Assembly (NCBI GenBank): GCA_030704615.1
Contig: CM060731.1
Coordinates: 744,001-808,000 of the forward strand
Direction: 5' to 3'
DNA from: Takakia lepidozioides
Taxonomy: Eukaryota > Plantae > Bryophyta
DNA: 64,000 bases
The notes under the pieces are model-generated. The model saw nothing but the letters and a program-made list of their open reading frames with translations. It was not told where the DNA came from and searched no databases. Shown here one piece after another: positions 24,031-37,780 of this stretch (positions within the stretch are counted from its first letter, which is position 1; every line of letters begins with the position of its first letter). A program made the translations under genes and the position numbers.

Positions 24031-25241
24031 GGCTAGCTTCTCCACTCCCTCAGATCTCTCGAGAGGAACCCTCAACAGCTTCTAGATCACATACGATGAT
24101 TCCCCTCCAGCTCCCGTGTGGAACGAAGTTTGATCAAACTAAGTACCTCACTCGATCTCCTTGCACCCTGGAAATACTTCGTGCTGCTAGCCCGATGCTC
24201 CCCAATGACGAACTTTCTCTGTTCTGAGGAGAGACCTTTCCAGATCGAATCTCCACTCACAGCACACTGCCACCTCCAAATGCACCGAGGACCCACTTTT
24301 TATATGCTTACGCCATGTGATCGTCCGCTACAGCTAATTTGATCCACTACCATCTTCCCGGTGCATCTGAACTGAAAACGCCGATTGTCTCCCTCAGTGT
24401 GACTACACTCGAATCTGCAGACCTCGCCCACAAAAAATAGCAAGCTGGAAAGCTCAAGCCTCACGCTCTCCACGTTTGACTGTTCGTGCCGGCAGCTGAC
24501 CAGTACTGTTTTGTACATACAAACATTGATGTAGTCTGACATACCCACTGCCTACATCATACCATGAACCCACAGGGAGGTTTTCCATTGTTTCCTGCTC
24601 TACCGAGTTCATATGTTCACAAGAAGTCTGTTTATATTATAAAAGTTTGTCGTTTCTGCTGCCTCACTTTGAAAACCCAACTCAAGATTCTCTTAAGAAC
24701 TCTTATAGTATTTGATTGATCTCACTCCGTGACTGTGGAGTGACGTGAGTGGTCTGTTTGGCTGAAATTTTAAATCCCAAAGGGAAGGAGAAATCACACA
24801 AAATCAGATGGTGGGTTCTCTTCAGATCTGCTGAGAGATGTTACCCGTTGGATTGTAGACAGAAGGAATATCAGCCGTTCAGAGTATCAGATAGAGAAAG
24901 TGCGCAAAAGACATGGTAGCCCTATTGCATGCAGGTGCATCTCCCTTTTCTTTGTTATGCTCTAGTGACGACAGCGCAAAATCAAAAGTCTCGAGGTTTC
25001 CGGAAGGGAACAGTGATTCCGTGTTGCATGCCATTTAGTGTTTTCCTTCTGTGTTTCTGTGGGCTTTTTTGCCCAGTTCTGCGTGCTTTTCCAGTGCTGC
25101 TGGAGAATCTGACGAGAAGCTAAGATTGAGGGTTTGGAGGAACTAATACCTATTTTTCCCCACCAACCACTTTCTGGGAGTGTATGTTTGAGGAACGCTC
25201 ATAGTGTTGGGAATAGAGAAGCACATTGGGTGAGAGTAGGC

Positions 25242-27344
25242 ATGGACGAAGATGATGAGGATGCACACCACCACTACCACCAGCTGCACCATCTATATGA
25301 CCACGACTTTCATCACCATCACCAGCAGCACGACCCTAATGAGGATGAAGGAGACGAGGATAATGTAGAGGATGACGATGAGGATGAGGAGGACCAGGAT
25401 CATCAGCTTGAGCACGACCTTGGTCCTGGGGACGAAGGGGAGCCTGATTATGTGCAACACGCCCAGGGGCACCACGGCGCCCTCTTTAATCACAGGGCTG
25501 CACTAAGGCTGTCGCAGCCAGATGCTGCATTTGCATCCTCGGCTCGGACAGAGGGTGATAAGCATAACACGCATAACACACGGGATGATTGGAGCGAGGG
25601 CGCTACCTATGCATTGTTGGAAGCCTGGGGGGACAGGTATGCACCAATGTTCCCTGTAACAAACAATGAGACCTCATAGAAATGAATCGAGAATTTTAGA
25701 CTGCTCTTTTCAGAAACGTGGGAACACGAACCTGCATTTCAAGTAGTTTTCAGAGTGACCAATCATGCTTCCGTTATTGCTACTTTGTCGCCCGCCAGTC
25801 TTCTGATGTGTCCTCGGGGATGAAAAAGCCAAGGATTGTATTTTACTGGGAAATGCGGACAGTTTGTTGTCCTACTATGCCAGGCGCATGCGAGGTGACT
25901 TGGTGGTGTTTCTAGGGTTACAGTCATCATGTGACTGTCTGTCGGGTCTAATTAGTTGCTGGACGGAGGTTCTCAACTCTGGTATAGTTCTTGGCCTTTC
26001 CTTAACCTTCATACGTGCAATGTGTCGTTTTTCTCTCCCCTTCCTAATAAGACTGTATAGGGCGGACCACTGTGCTTCCCAACGATTCCTGAAGCAATGC
26101 TCAATATCTTGGCCAAGTTAAACCTACAGGAAGGGTATGGTGCCTCTGGAAGTGTGGTTTTCCCTGTAAGAGGTACAGGTTTGAGTGTGGCAGGGAATAT
26201 GGAAGTGCTCCCGCTTACATTCAGCAGCATGGGCTTGAAAGTTTCCTGGAATAGCATGAATGACTCATATTCGAGGTTGGAGCTTTTAGATACCTGAATT
26301 TGAATGTGTGGCTCAAAACTAGTCCGTATGAGTGCCTCACCAGGGTTGTCATGTTCTTCTTTTGAGGAAAGGTTCATCACTGATATAGCAGTGAACATGG
26401 ACCAAGGACAATAGCAGTTCAAGGGAAACAAATCGTAAGGAACTCCATTTTGTACTGCTGCTCGATTTTCGAAACCCCACTCATCCAATTGTTCCTAAAG
26501 TCACCTCTTGGTTGTTGATTGTCTGTAATTTATCTCTCCATTGTAGGCTATGTGTAACAAAGATTGAAAGTTGCTTTACAAGGTCCTACGAAGTGGATTT
26601 GACATTTGATACCAAGGAAGCTGAAAAATTCCTACCTTGAATGTTTGTGATTTCTTTGCGGTTTTCCTCCGCAGATACCTGCAATTGAACAAGGGAAGCC
26701 TGAAGCAGGAGGACTGGGAGGAGGTTGCAAAACTAGTGAGCACAACAAGCAAGTCAACAAAGACAGATGTGCAATGCAAGAATCGGTTGGACACATTGAA
26801 GAAAAAGTACAAAGTGGAAAAACAGAAGCAGTCAGCGAGTGGGAGTTCTGCTAGCAAATGGCCATTCTACAAACAGCTTGACAAATTGCTGAGTGCAACG
26901 ACAAAGAGGGCTGGGATTTCAGGGGCCATTGATGCTCGCCATGCAGTCATGACTGTGCCCACAACACACATGGACGAATTTGACCGTCTCAAGAATGAGG
27001 AGGATCCCAAATCTGCTAATGATACTTCAACAACCTCAAAATCAAAGGATAGTCCAGAGATATCACTTAGTTCTCCTGAGGCCAATGGGGGCAGCAACTT
27101 GAATTGCAGGAAACGAAAGTGCGAGGATTCCCCATTTCGGACGCTTGCCAAGGCAATCTCAAAATTTGGTGAGATCTACGAGAAGATTGAGAACACAAAG
27201 CTGCAACAGCTGGTGGATCTGGAAAAGATCCGAATGGAATTCACTAGGGATTTGGAGCTGCAGCGCATGCAATTGTTCATGCAGACGCAGGTCGAGATTG
27301 CTAAGATGAAACATGGCGCTCATGATCCAACTGCAAACATGTGA
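25242..27344 (+). CDS. Trihelix (ASIL/SIP1-like, Myb/SANT-like DNA-binding) transcription factor, 354 aa
   Basis: join(25242..25636,26675..27344), in frame. His/Asp-rich N-terminus; RDDWSEGATYALLEAWGDRY..L.KGSLKQEDWEEVA...KTDVQCKNRLDTLKKKYKVEK; C-terminal coiled coil LEKIRMEFTRDLELQRMQ. Confidence 0.93.
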
Positions 27345-27451
27345 AGGGGTAAAAGATGGATTAGTTGCAGACGCAGGTCGAGATTGCTAAGATGAAACAT
27401 GGCGCTCGTGATCCAACTGCAAACATGTGAAGGGGTAAAAGATGAATTAGT
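27280..27451 (+). repeat. 86-bp tandem duplication spanning the trihelix stop codon
   Basis: TGCAGACGCAGGTCGAG...GATG(G/A)ATTAGT at 27280 and 27366, about two mismatches. Confidence 0.95.
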
Positions 27452-29346
27452 AATGTGCTGCCGGCAAACTTACCAAACCATAGTTCCACATGGTTTGAAT
27501 GCTTTTAACTGCATGTTAGGGCATGTTAGGGCAACTGCGAACTTGAATCTCATCTAATCTCTTTTGCAGTTGAACATCTCAAAGCTGGGATGGACATTAG
27601 GTGTAACTGAGTCTCCTAGATCTCCAGTCGAACTCACATTGTAGTGAAGGATGGGCATGCCGATGCTGAGGCCATCCTGGACCGGAGATTCTAAATTTTT
27701 TTGCCCTTGTAGTTTTGGGGAGGATTCTTTCATGATACTATCCCTGGCTGCTTTTTTGATTCAGGTGATGTTAATTTGGAGGGTACTTCTGTGGAAGTCA
27801 GCATCTACTTCAGAAAATGTTGGGCCTGGCCAAAGATAGAGGGGGTGCCAACCTTATGTTGAGAGTTAGTGCATCTCCTTACGGGCCCACTGGGTTCCAT
27901 ATATGTTGAATGAGCACAATTCCAAGTTTGCAGTTGAGTGATGCTGTGTCAGTAACACTGGTCTTGCAGCCCTAGGATGTTCTCTGTCTAACTGTTAAGT
28001 TGCATTTGTGTATTCGTGCATAAAACCGGGCATGTATGTTACTACATGTGAATACTGAGAGTGGTCATATGCATTCCTGCATTCGATCTAGCAGTATGTG
28101 TGTGATTTTGCATACTGAAATCACACCTGTGATTTTATGTTGTACCGTGAGAAGCGACCATTGTGCCTCACATAGGGAGGGCTATGTTGGTTGGTAAAGA
28201 TCTTTACATGGTGCTTGCAGTGTAGAGGGGGCATTTTCTTCTAATGTTTGCATGTGTAAAGTGTCTTGGAAATGGTCAGAGCTATTGCTAGAGTCAGCTG
28301 CCAAGTTTCTGCCTGCCCGACAGAAGTGAAAACACACTTTGGCCAGTTCGTTATTGACCTTCAGTACCATGACAAAGGAATTGACTCTAACAGAACTGGT
28401 TCAGGAACTTGCTTTGCCTTGCCATAGAGTGGACAGAAGGGTAAATGCTGGGACCAAAAAATAATCCAGGTAGTGTACTACAAGTTTTTCTTAGGAACGT
28501 TGCTATTAACAGGACTCTCGCCCTGCAATAGAGTGACGAGGTCGAGAAGGAATGAATGCGCTAGTCCAATTAAAAGTTGTTGGTTTTACTCTCATCTGCA
28601 CAAACAGAAGGAGACAAATGAATGGACCATCAGTGGTGATGTTGACAATGTCAATGCTAGGGAGAAAGCACAATTGCACCACAGCTTACTATAGTACCCA
28701 TGTGTCAAAATAGCTATGAGGAAAGAAGGAAGGAGCCAAAACTTGTGCAGAAACAATGTAAGGACAGAGTATTGGAGGGAATGGACTCTGCTGGAAATCT
28801 GCCTTTGCTTGTAAAAACACCAATAGGTAGCTGAACTAGGCAAGGTCACAAGTGTTTCCAATATCTTAGCAAAGACATTTTCATCAACCCATCCATGCCC
28901 CTGGCTGGATCCATTGACCACACAAAAATTCAACTATGTTGCAGGAGAGCTTGATGTGACGAGAATAGTGTCACTCATGCCAGTGACTCCCAAATTAATC
29001 TCCAACTTCGGAAGTAGAAGTCCTGTTTCCAGAAGCACCTGCGAGAAGGCACAGCACAAAGCAAACCCCATTGTGTTCCTCTACTAATTCACAACATGAC
29101 GGACTGACGTAGTACTCTCAGAAGTACTTCTACTATGAAGCCAGTGCTGCAGCGCCCAACCTCATAACCCTTTTGCCGAGGAGGGAAAGTAAGAGAGAGA
29201 GCGGAAATGAGCATAGAGTGAATTGAATTGCCGGACACTCAAAGAACTCAACCAGACAGACATGGAGTTCTGCATGCGGGAAAGTCACCTAATGGAGAAG
29301 GATTTCCAAGGTCAGATATGGTGTTGCCAGGACAGTTGGAAGTAGA

Positions 29347-30028
29347 TCATGATGAGTTTCCCGAACGCTTGGTTGGCAGACCCGAAATGAACCCCCCTCG
29401 CCCTTCCTGCTGTGATCGATCCAGAGAGTGACCGCTCAATCTCTCTGCTTCGGGCTGACCATCACTGCGTTCCTTGAACCCGAGTTCTGTCAGGTCTTGC
29501 TTCACCATCAGATTCCTACAATCACCAATCGAGCAGTGTCATGAGAACGCTAAACCCTGTTTGCGACACTCGCGAACTTTCTTGTGATGATGTGAAACGA
29601 TGGATAAACGGAAAGAAACCAAGTGAAAAGATGGTACCTTTCCATACGACACTCCAAATATTGCTTAGAGAATTGGCGGCATTTATCAGATGCATATTTG
29701 TTGTCCTTTAGGCACAGCATGTATCCCTTCATCGCCTGCCAATTCAACCCACCTTCCCTTATCAACTCCCTCGCTCCACACCTACCCTAAAGCAGTCTTT
29801 CAACCCCGCCATGAACAGAAATCAATCAGCAGCTTCCCTCAGTCGCTACCAACCCAATCTTTACTACATCTCAATCATGGGTAAGCGCATGTGTGTAGAT
29901 ATGTATGTGGGATAGAGGGAGGAAGAGACGGATTGGCACTCGTGGAGGTGGTCCAAAGGAAACACCCCCTTCTCAGGAGGGATGGGTTGCAAGCCTCGAT
30001 TGCCCCCAAATGCGCCCCCTGCCGCCAT
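29347..30028 (-). CDS. COX19: Cytochrome c oxidase assembly protein COX19 (twin CX9C), 121 aa
   Basis: Exons 30028-29930, 29735-29638, 29515-29347. MAAGGAFGGNRGLQPIPPEKGVFPLDHLHECQSAMKGYMLCLK...[28 protein letters not shown]. Confidence 0.95.
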
Positions 30029-31372
30029 CACTCACTCCACGCCGCTTCTCTCCTTTGGGTGCACGTTCATGCATCTGCCATAGCCCTTCAAGCTCTATAG
30101 TGTGGAATTCCCTGAACAAGCTTGTGCACCGAAACACGCAACCGTGCCAGCTTCCCAAAGTCGTGTACTCAAATCAAGCGCGCTCTTCCTCTTCTATCCA
30201 CCGCAAGGTACACACACCACACAGTACACACAAGGTCTCTCCTCTCTTTCCTGCCTTCTCTGTTCGGGCACTCGAGCACTGTGCATCCGGTGGCAGGGAT
30301 GTACATCCGTCCAATGTGCTCGGAAGCCATGAAAACGCAAAGCTCTGGCAAAGATTGACTCGATGTCAACACGTAAAGAATGTGGGGCTTGGGGATATCT
30401 CATGTCGATCCCATTGTCACACTGCATCATTCCTTAAGTATAAACGTATAAAACCATTCTTTAGCGGGTATATGATTTACCGGTATATAACCGCCGGATT
30501 ATCATATCCTCACCTGCAGGTTTTGCTTACTCTTACCCGTACCCTCATCAAGGGTATGTTTTATGTTTCCCCCCGGACCCGAATGAAGGGTAAATCACCA
30601 GCATTTACCCGACCCTTAGGACGGGTATGATTCAGTGGGATTTGTCATTTCAATGTGATCAATTGCGCTGAACCTGATCGAATTTGGGATTCAAAATCTG
30701 TTTTAGTGAGCATTCGAATCCATTCAGTGAGCAAATCTGGCTAACTCAATGCTTGTTCATCATGCTCTATTGTCAAATATATTAGACCTTCCTAATGGTG
30801 ACAAAATCATCGCTTCCAAAGCTGTGTCTTGAAGACACTGCCGCCTTTGTCTCCACACTCTAAATTTCTGGCAAACAGCTATTCCACATCATTGTGGGCT
30901 GCACCCATTCAAGAGTGATTCGCAAAAAGAAGAATGGTTGGAGCAGTCTTCATTGTTGGCAAGAGAAAGGTAGCAAGAGTAAACTTTCAAGGTGGCAAAG
31001 TGCAACACATTTTATTATCCACACCGGATTTAGAAAGGCCACAACTAGATCAGAAGTGTCCCATGGCCATCGTTTTGAGTCAATCAGCACCAAAATGTAA
31101 ACAGTATTGTGGCTGAAGCTGATTAAAGGTTCCTGACAGTTCCTGACTCTACAAACACGTCTAAGAAGTCGGAATAGTGTCAGATATGTCAGATCCTATC
31201 ATTGACTAATTCCAATAGCAGCGCTACTGCAGGCTGTCTGCAACAGTGAACGTAATTCTTGGCGAAGGCGTCGAGTTCCTCCGGATTTCGATAGGGAAAG
31301 GAAAGCACAACGTTATAGAGAGAAAGAGAGATGTCACAAACGTCCGCTAACGGACTACCACAGACAGGCGCA

Positions 31373-32048
31373 CTAAGCGATCTCGCGAACCTGAGGCTTT
31401 GGCTTTTCAATTTTGGGAACGGTGACAGTGAGAACCCCGTCCTCCACCTGGGCTTTGACTTCGTCAGCATTTGCGTTCTCTGCCAGACGGAACTGGCGCG
31501 AAAAGTTGCTTGCAGACCGCTCAACCCGCGTGTGCCATCTGCCTCCCTTTTGTGATTCACTTTTCTTTCTCTCGAGTTCCCTCTTTCTGTCAGCACTGAT
31601 CTCGAGTGTGCGTCCGTCTAACAGCTCAGGCTGCACTTGGATCTCCTCCCTCTTCGAGCCTGATAAATCACAACGCAGAGGATCAATATTAGATTCTTGA
31701 GCTTGTTGTCTTTCCTCATTCAGGACCGGTAGCTAATTTCCAGCTGTACTGTCTAAGGCAGAGAACATCGGAACTCAACCACTTGGCACTACTTCAGTCA
31801 CTTACCAAGAACAGCACCGTTAGTCACGAGCTCCACTATCAGGGATGAAAGACAGGAAGATCTGCGGTGAAGACGTGGGCTTCAGGCGTCTCACGCCAGT
31901 CACAGTCAATTGCGTAATCACCATAGCGCTTACATGACGAGCCACCTGCTGAAATGGGGTATTTTCGAAGAAATCCAGCTGCCCACACGGTCGAGAAAGG
32001 CTCCAAGATACTATTTCCTCCACGATTAAGGAAGGATGAGAGAGCCAC
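31373..32048 (-). pseudogene. Cytosolic class I-like small heat shock protein (HSP20), probably pseudogenised
   Basis: Alpha-crystallin motifs DWRETPEAHVFTADLP / WHTRVERSASNFSRQFRLAENA..DEVKAQVEDGVLTVTVPK. The start reads GTG, exon 1 has compensating frameshifts, and the donor phase does not match the acceptor at ~31660. Confidence 0.75.
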
Positions 32049-32499
32049 CGGATATGACCTACTTCTCCAATCAAAGAAATGGCGCCACTCAGAGCAAGAC
32101 AAGAACGCGTAATAACCACAGACGCTTCCAACTTCCTGTGCAAATAGCTCAAATAGCTCTATGAAAGACGGCGTGTGGGGATATACCACTCCTTGAAAGC
32201 TATGCACGAAGCGTCTCGAGAGACTTGATTGTGAGGGAGAGCTCCCAGAACTAAATTAGAGACCTCCATCCACACTCAACGTTCTGCAGGTGTCGCCAAC
32301 GGACACAAGTGCGTACCTGTATAGCCACAACACTTTCGGTGTTTATGGCGAATCACCACGAGTGTTGGGGAGATTCTGGAACATCAGTGGTTGGTATTTT
32401 CAAAGAAGAAATAGCAGGGGAGAGAGGGTGCTAATGAGGGTGGAGGATGAGGACGCCTTTCAAACTCTCGAAGTTTGAACCAAACGAAGGCAGGAAGCA

Positions 32500-33013
32500 A
32501 TGGCTGCACCCTCCACGAGCTCCCCACCTACGGAAACGATAGCACAGAACTTCGAGAAACAGGTGCTGGGGCTACAATTGTATCGAGCCCAGCTGGAGGA
32601 GTTAGAGTCGGTCAAGGAAGAATTGAAGAAGTTAGAGCAGGACCACCAACGACTGACAAAGAGTCAGCAAATTCAAGGGCACCATCGCCCAGCTGGGGCT
32701 AGAGAAAGTCAAACTGGACTTAGCTGAATCCAGGAGGGCAGCGGTGCAGACAGTTGAGGGACATGAGAGAACAATCTGGGGCCAAAAGCAGGAATTAGAG
32801 GCGCTACAGGCCCAACTAAGGGAAAAAATCCAGGCACTGAAGGTAGCTCGCGATGAGGCCACAAACTACGAAGAACGGTATCAGAAGGAAAAAGGACAAC
32901 GAGAGGATTACGGCGCTAGAGTGAAGGAGGCATACAGGGCTCTACAACGGTCCAACACGGCGGCCATTCTGCAGAGGGAGGTGGCGAACCTTGCCTGTGC
33001 ACAACCTGGGTGA
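32500..33013 (+). other. Frameshifted coiled-coil ORF of unknown origin (probably a TE accessory gene)
   Basis: Heptad-rich E/K/Q/L sequence across two ORFs (32500-32727, 32744-33013). No recognisable domain. Confidence 0.35.
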
Positions 33014-34127
33014 TCCTGGGTTCAATCCTTCAACTACCGTCCATTGGCCCCTTCATGGGCTGTGTGTTGAGCAGTAGGCTCTTGTAAATATCCGAAGCCC
33101 CGTCCCGCTGATACTGATACAGAGGAGACCTCTGACAAGGAGCTGGACTGCTTTATCTCTCTCTCGATCTTTGGGGATCTCGGACCTCAGATCTACCATA
33201 GCTCGAGTCTCTAGAGTGATTGGTCGATGCTTGTCACAGCTGCTTTGCATTGTCCTGTACTTCAAGCCCCCCCCCCCCCCCCCCACTCAATCGGTGCTTT
33301 GCTTGTGATCAGTTTTATGTCTTCTTTCTCCCCAGCTCTGTAGTAGACACTGCCACCAATCAGTTTTCGGTCTCTAGATAGTCTTTCTTTGCCAGACACT
33401 TTACAAGCTGCGTTGAAGAATTGTATGTCTCCAGTGTAATAAAGTTGGCCGCTATTTGAGCACATCCTTCATGAACAGGATGGCATTGACTCCAACTATC
33501 GTAGTTGGGAGTGGAAGCTCATTGGAACCCTTGATTCATATCGCCTGTGGCTGGGACCCTGCTTATCACTCAGTGCTGGACAATCTTGATTCTCCCCTCA
33601 GTCTCCCTGTTCTTAGGCAGTAGCAAATACTCAGATTCATTGGCTGGAGGTTACAGAGACTCTTCCAGGCTGAGCATCCAGGTGCCCTCTCTTGCATTGT
33701 TTCCTCCCTCATCAATGAATCCCATCTCTGTAAGTTTCTTCATCTTCACAGGACCTTAAGATTTTGTCTCATTCTTCCATTTTCATCTGGTCTTACCTTA
33801 AATGCAGGCATTTCGATTATTAGGTCCTGGCCCCTGGATGGACATAGAAGTTGACAACACAACAGCATGGAGGCAATCCCATCTCTTCCCTTTCTGCAAG
33901 TTCTCAAGGCTAAAGTGTAGTGGGGTCCCTGTTGTGAAACCGTGACCATTGCCAAGTTTCACTATCCCACCTTGTAATATATCTTTGCTTCACCAACAGA
34001 TGACAATCCTTGTCTTTCGAGCAAGCTACCCTCACGAATGGAGAGAGAATCAGACCTGACGAACGTTTGTTACCAAAACAAAACCACTTACGCGAATGCG
34101 ACCAAATGTAGGGAATGTCTTGCTCCG

Positions 34128-37100
34128 TCATTTGAAACGAGACCAAGCCAAGACCCCTGGCCTCAATCTCTTGGGGACAGCCTTAGTCCAAGCCTTCAGA
34201 TCTGGGAGTGGCCCTGTTAGGGCCAGATGATTGTCTTCCTCTGACTTCATCTTCCGCAAGTTTAGCTGTTCCAGTGACATGACCAAGATGTTGATAAATC
34301 TCATGTCTACACAAAATAGGCCCATGATTAATTACTTTCTCGAGGAACAAACAGGAGGAATTACAGATGCAGGAGTGACCAGGCAGTCTGGAAGAGAGAC
34401 AATAATGGCATAGCAGGCATTGGCAAAGAGCTCACAACCCCAAACCTGGACACATAGCCACAGCAGGTACAACACTTCTTTCAACTACAGATTATGAGCC
34501 CAGTATATTACAGTGAGGGACACTAGGCAATGTCATGCACATTGACAGCACAATGGCAAAGGTAAAGCACCTCGAGGATGAGAAAAAATGATGAGTGACC
34601 ATCAAATGTACAAATAGATGGTCGTGCAACTGTATGAGGGGAAAAAGTGCAAGCTAACCTTTGGAAAGCCACGGGCCATTGCTGAGAGTGTGGCATCCTT
34701 TGCAGCATTTCCGTCTTCCCAAGTCCATGTTCCATCATCACTTAGTGCTTCCGGGTCCCTTCTCTCAACACAGGTTCCCCCACAATTCACCATAATGCGC
34801 CCCCCGGGCTTTAGCCTTTGCTTAAGCTCATGCCAAGTATCTGGCTGCCAATTGGTTTGACAGGACTTTCAAGTTATCTTATGAAAAAGGCATATCAGCT
34901 GGTCTCAGGATAATCACAACACAAATATATATTAAGAAAGTGAACAGATCTGCTAGTCTTCATGACCAACAACAACATCTATAAGTAGAGTTTGCAGCCC
35001 TTTTCAGTTTTGTGTAAATATCCAATTAATTGAATAGGACAGGGCCGTCTCCTGCATCGTGGCAGTCCTTACACACACACACACGTATCTTGCCTAGCAT
35101 GCAGTTGTTTTGTATATTTGACTATTTGAAAAATCTGGGATCCTCTTAAAAAATCACCTATCCCAAACATGAATTCCTCATACACTAGTCCCAGTGAGTG
35201 CCTGGATGGTGACGCAGCCACGGGAAACACATTCACACCTGCTTAAGCTGGGGCAGAACTTCACCCTTGGAAAATAGATCCACCACTATCCCTGCAGCAG
35301 TGCTCTCCCACGATGTGTCATGTCACAGCCAAGAGTGAATCGTGATAACTTTCTGGAAAATCCAAATGCCTCAACTCTTTGAATCTCCTACACTGTATGA
35401 CAAGCAATGCACACTATCTATGGCATTTGTTGCATGCCTGCTCGATGTAAAATCAGAGCAATAACAAGGGGAACTACCAGCAAAGCCACTGGCTATGGTG
35501 GCCTCAGGAGAGAGGGCATCGCCAACATGAACAGAGAGGACGCCACCTTCCGCAGTTGGGGTCTCCAAGTCTGCTAGACCAAAGTACACTCTAGCCTTGT
35601 CCACCAGCTGCAGGCGCATGATTTCAACATATTTTGCTGTCCAGAACCATACTATTGCTACCACAGCTAACCTCAACAAATAGGTCAATCTAATCACATA
35701 AAACTTTAGGGAACAGAAGAGAAGGCTGATAATTTGTGCCACTTGATGAAGTCCAGTCACAAACAGTAGAGCATCCTTTGTTAATACAGATCTGAATGAA
35801 AACAATCAATAAGTACTTACAATCTGGTCAATCTCCCAACCTTCAAGCATTCGAGATGGCCACAGGTCTTGAAGGATCCGGGCTGCTGTACCCCCTCCCT
35901 GCAACAACACCACTGTAGAAACTCAACCTGAGCTTCAAGTCCAGCACATTGCTACCCGGGCCACTACGGTTAATGACAACATCCTAGCATAAACCTGAAA
36001 CCCCAGAAGCTTTACCCAAAATGACTGGCGAGAGTTGAAGTATCAGATTCCAGTTTAAGCCTAAGTTTCACTGGCAACAATTTGCGTTGATAGGAGTAAG
36101 GCGAAGGGAGTGTACCAGGCCTAGAATTGCTATGGGGCCTTCCGGGACAATAGGAGGAAGAGAGGCAAATTCATCCTGTTTATCAAAGCAAGCAACGCAG
36201 AGAGCCAGTTGGAAACACTGACATAGCAAAAGGGCACAGAGGAAAGACAACCTTCATCGGAACTTTATGTTCAAAACCATCTCTCGTTGTAAAGCAAGAT
36301 ATATTCTTTATCAAGAGAAGTTATAACACGAACCAAAGAGGAAGGAACAAGGCACTCACAAAGTACAAATCTGTCCAAATGCAGTCCTGCTTGTACACAC
36401 TAAGGATGTTTCCTGCAGCCACATGTGCCGTAACATCTTATTGCCTTTCTCTCTCCCTCTTTCTCTATGAGCTTTCCGCGGACATTATAAAGCACCGTTT
36501 CATTTCATTTCTCTCTCTCTCTCCCTCCCGCAGACTTTGTTTGTTTCAGTGAATGTACTAAATTTCTGTCACAATATTTTCACTCTCTTCCTCACTCTCT
36601 GGCTATCAACCAAATTTCTTGATACACAAGGAAAAAGTGTACCTGAACTGTTAACAAGAAGGCTAGAGCCTGCATATCTCGAGGTTGATGTCTCTGGGGC
36701 TTTTAAAATGCTCATGTCATCATATGTACTCATCACACTGCTGAGCATGACATATTTTGAGACCTCATAGGTTCCCTGGCTCTTGCGTTCGCCACTTGTC
36801 TCTCCTTTTTCTTCCTGCAAAAATAGCTTTTGTGTGTAGAGAGTCATGTTCCACTAATGACCTGATCATTTCATTACTTATCGTGAGGCTAGACCTAACA
36901 ATGAAAACTACTTGAATCCTCCTCTCCCCTCTCTCTCTTTCTGCTAACTACTTCAGATTTTGAAAAATGGAGCTCCAGATCTACCTAACAATGATGTCCC
37001 ACAAAGTCAGGGCTTGTAAACAGTGTTGAGATGCAGATAAAATATCTACATTTTAGTTCACAAATGAAGGCAGCCTTCAACCTATTTCTTGGCCTATGCA

Positions 37101-37780
37101 ATGATTTCATGACAATCATGGCTTGGATCCAGTTTGGCATGGCAAAGTAAATTAGACTCCAGAAAAGGATGTCTTTCCACATTATATCAAGACTCTATCT
37201 CTTCTTATGAACACTGCAAGGCCTGAGTTCCTCAAACATTGTAGACGCCCTTGCACTTCCTAAAAGCCATCAAGTAAGGGGGGCCGTTTGTCTAGCCAAC
37301 CAAGCTTGTCGATTCCAAAAACAAACAAGGGTGGAGCTAGACTCTTCTTCCTTTGTCCTCTACAGGTCGCTTAAATACCAGAACAACAAGAATTCGAACG
37401 GCATTATCAGTGATGCAAACGAAGCGAATTATAATTCTCTTCTCTCCACAACATCTACGAAGCTTTTGAAGAATCTACTTCTTCCAGCAGTCGAGGTGCA
37501 TGTGCTCTCTGCCAGAAGGCAATTATCTCTTAGCGACCACACAAGATACCATTCTGTGTAAGTTTGAATAAGGGGAGAGCACATGCACCTGCCCTTCGGA
37601 AAACGCCAGAGAGCGATGAGAGAGATGGCGCCAAGCAATCGTAGAGCCGTCTTTTTGTAGGCCCGGTGAAGACAAAACTCCTCCTGGAAACGCTCGCACG
37701 TAGAAAGGAGACCTGGAAGAAGAGCATAAAGAATGGACGATAGACGAAGAGGGAGAGTTGAGCAGCCCTGGTGACATCAT
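34128..37780 (-). CDS. Spermidine-synthase-like SAM-dependent methyltransferase (At5g44600-like family), probably with an organellar transit peptide
   Basis: Exons 36814-36643, 36412-36360, 36175-36116, 35898-35821, 35607-35478, 35291-35239, 34844-34659, 34265-34128 join in frame: DEFASLPPIVPEGPIAILGLGGGTAA, EGWEIDQI, HVGDAL, GIVVDLF, LKPGGRIMVNC, LALTGPLPDL. The first exon (37780-37550, Ser-rich) is tentative. Confidence 0.88.
36462..36510 (+). mobile_element. ~50-bp 3'-end copy of the LINE at 41.6-43.1 kb, in an intron
   Basis: CTCTATGAGCTTTCCGCGGAC(A/G)TTATAAAG...TTTCATTTCATTTC shared with 43055-43105; flanked by TCTCTCTCCCTC direct repeats. Confidence 0.8.

Noticed and set aside
29905-30630. 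241-aa plus-strand ORF
   Set aside because: Antisense to COX19 exon 1 and its promoter, plus an ACCCG-repeat remnant; no protein-like features.
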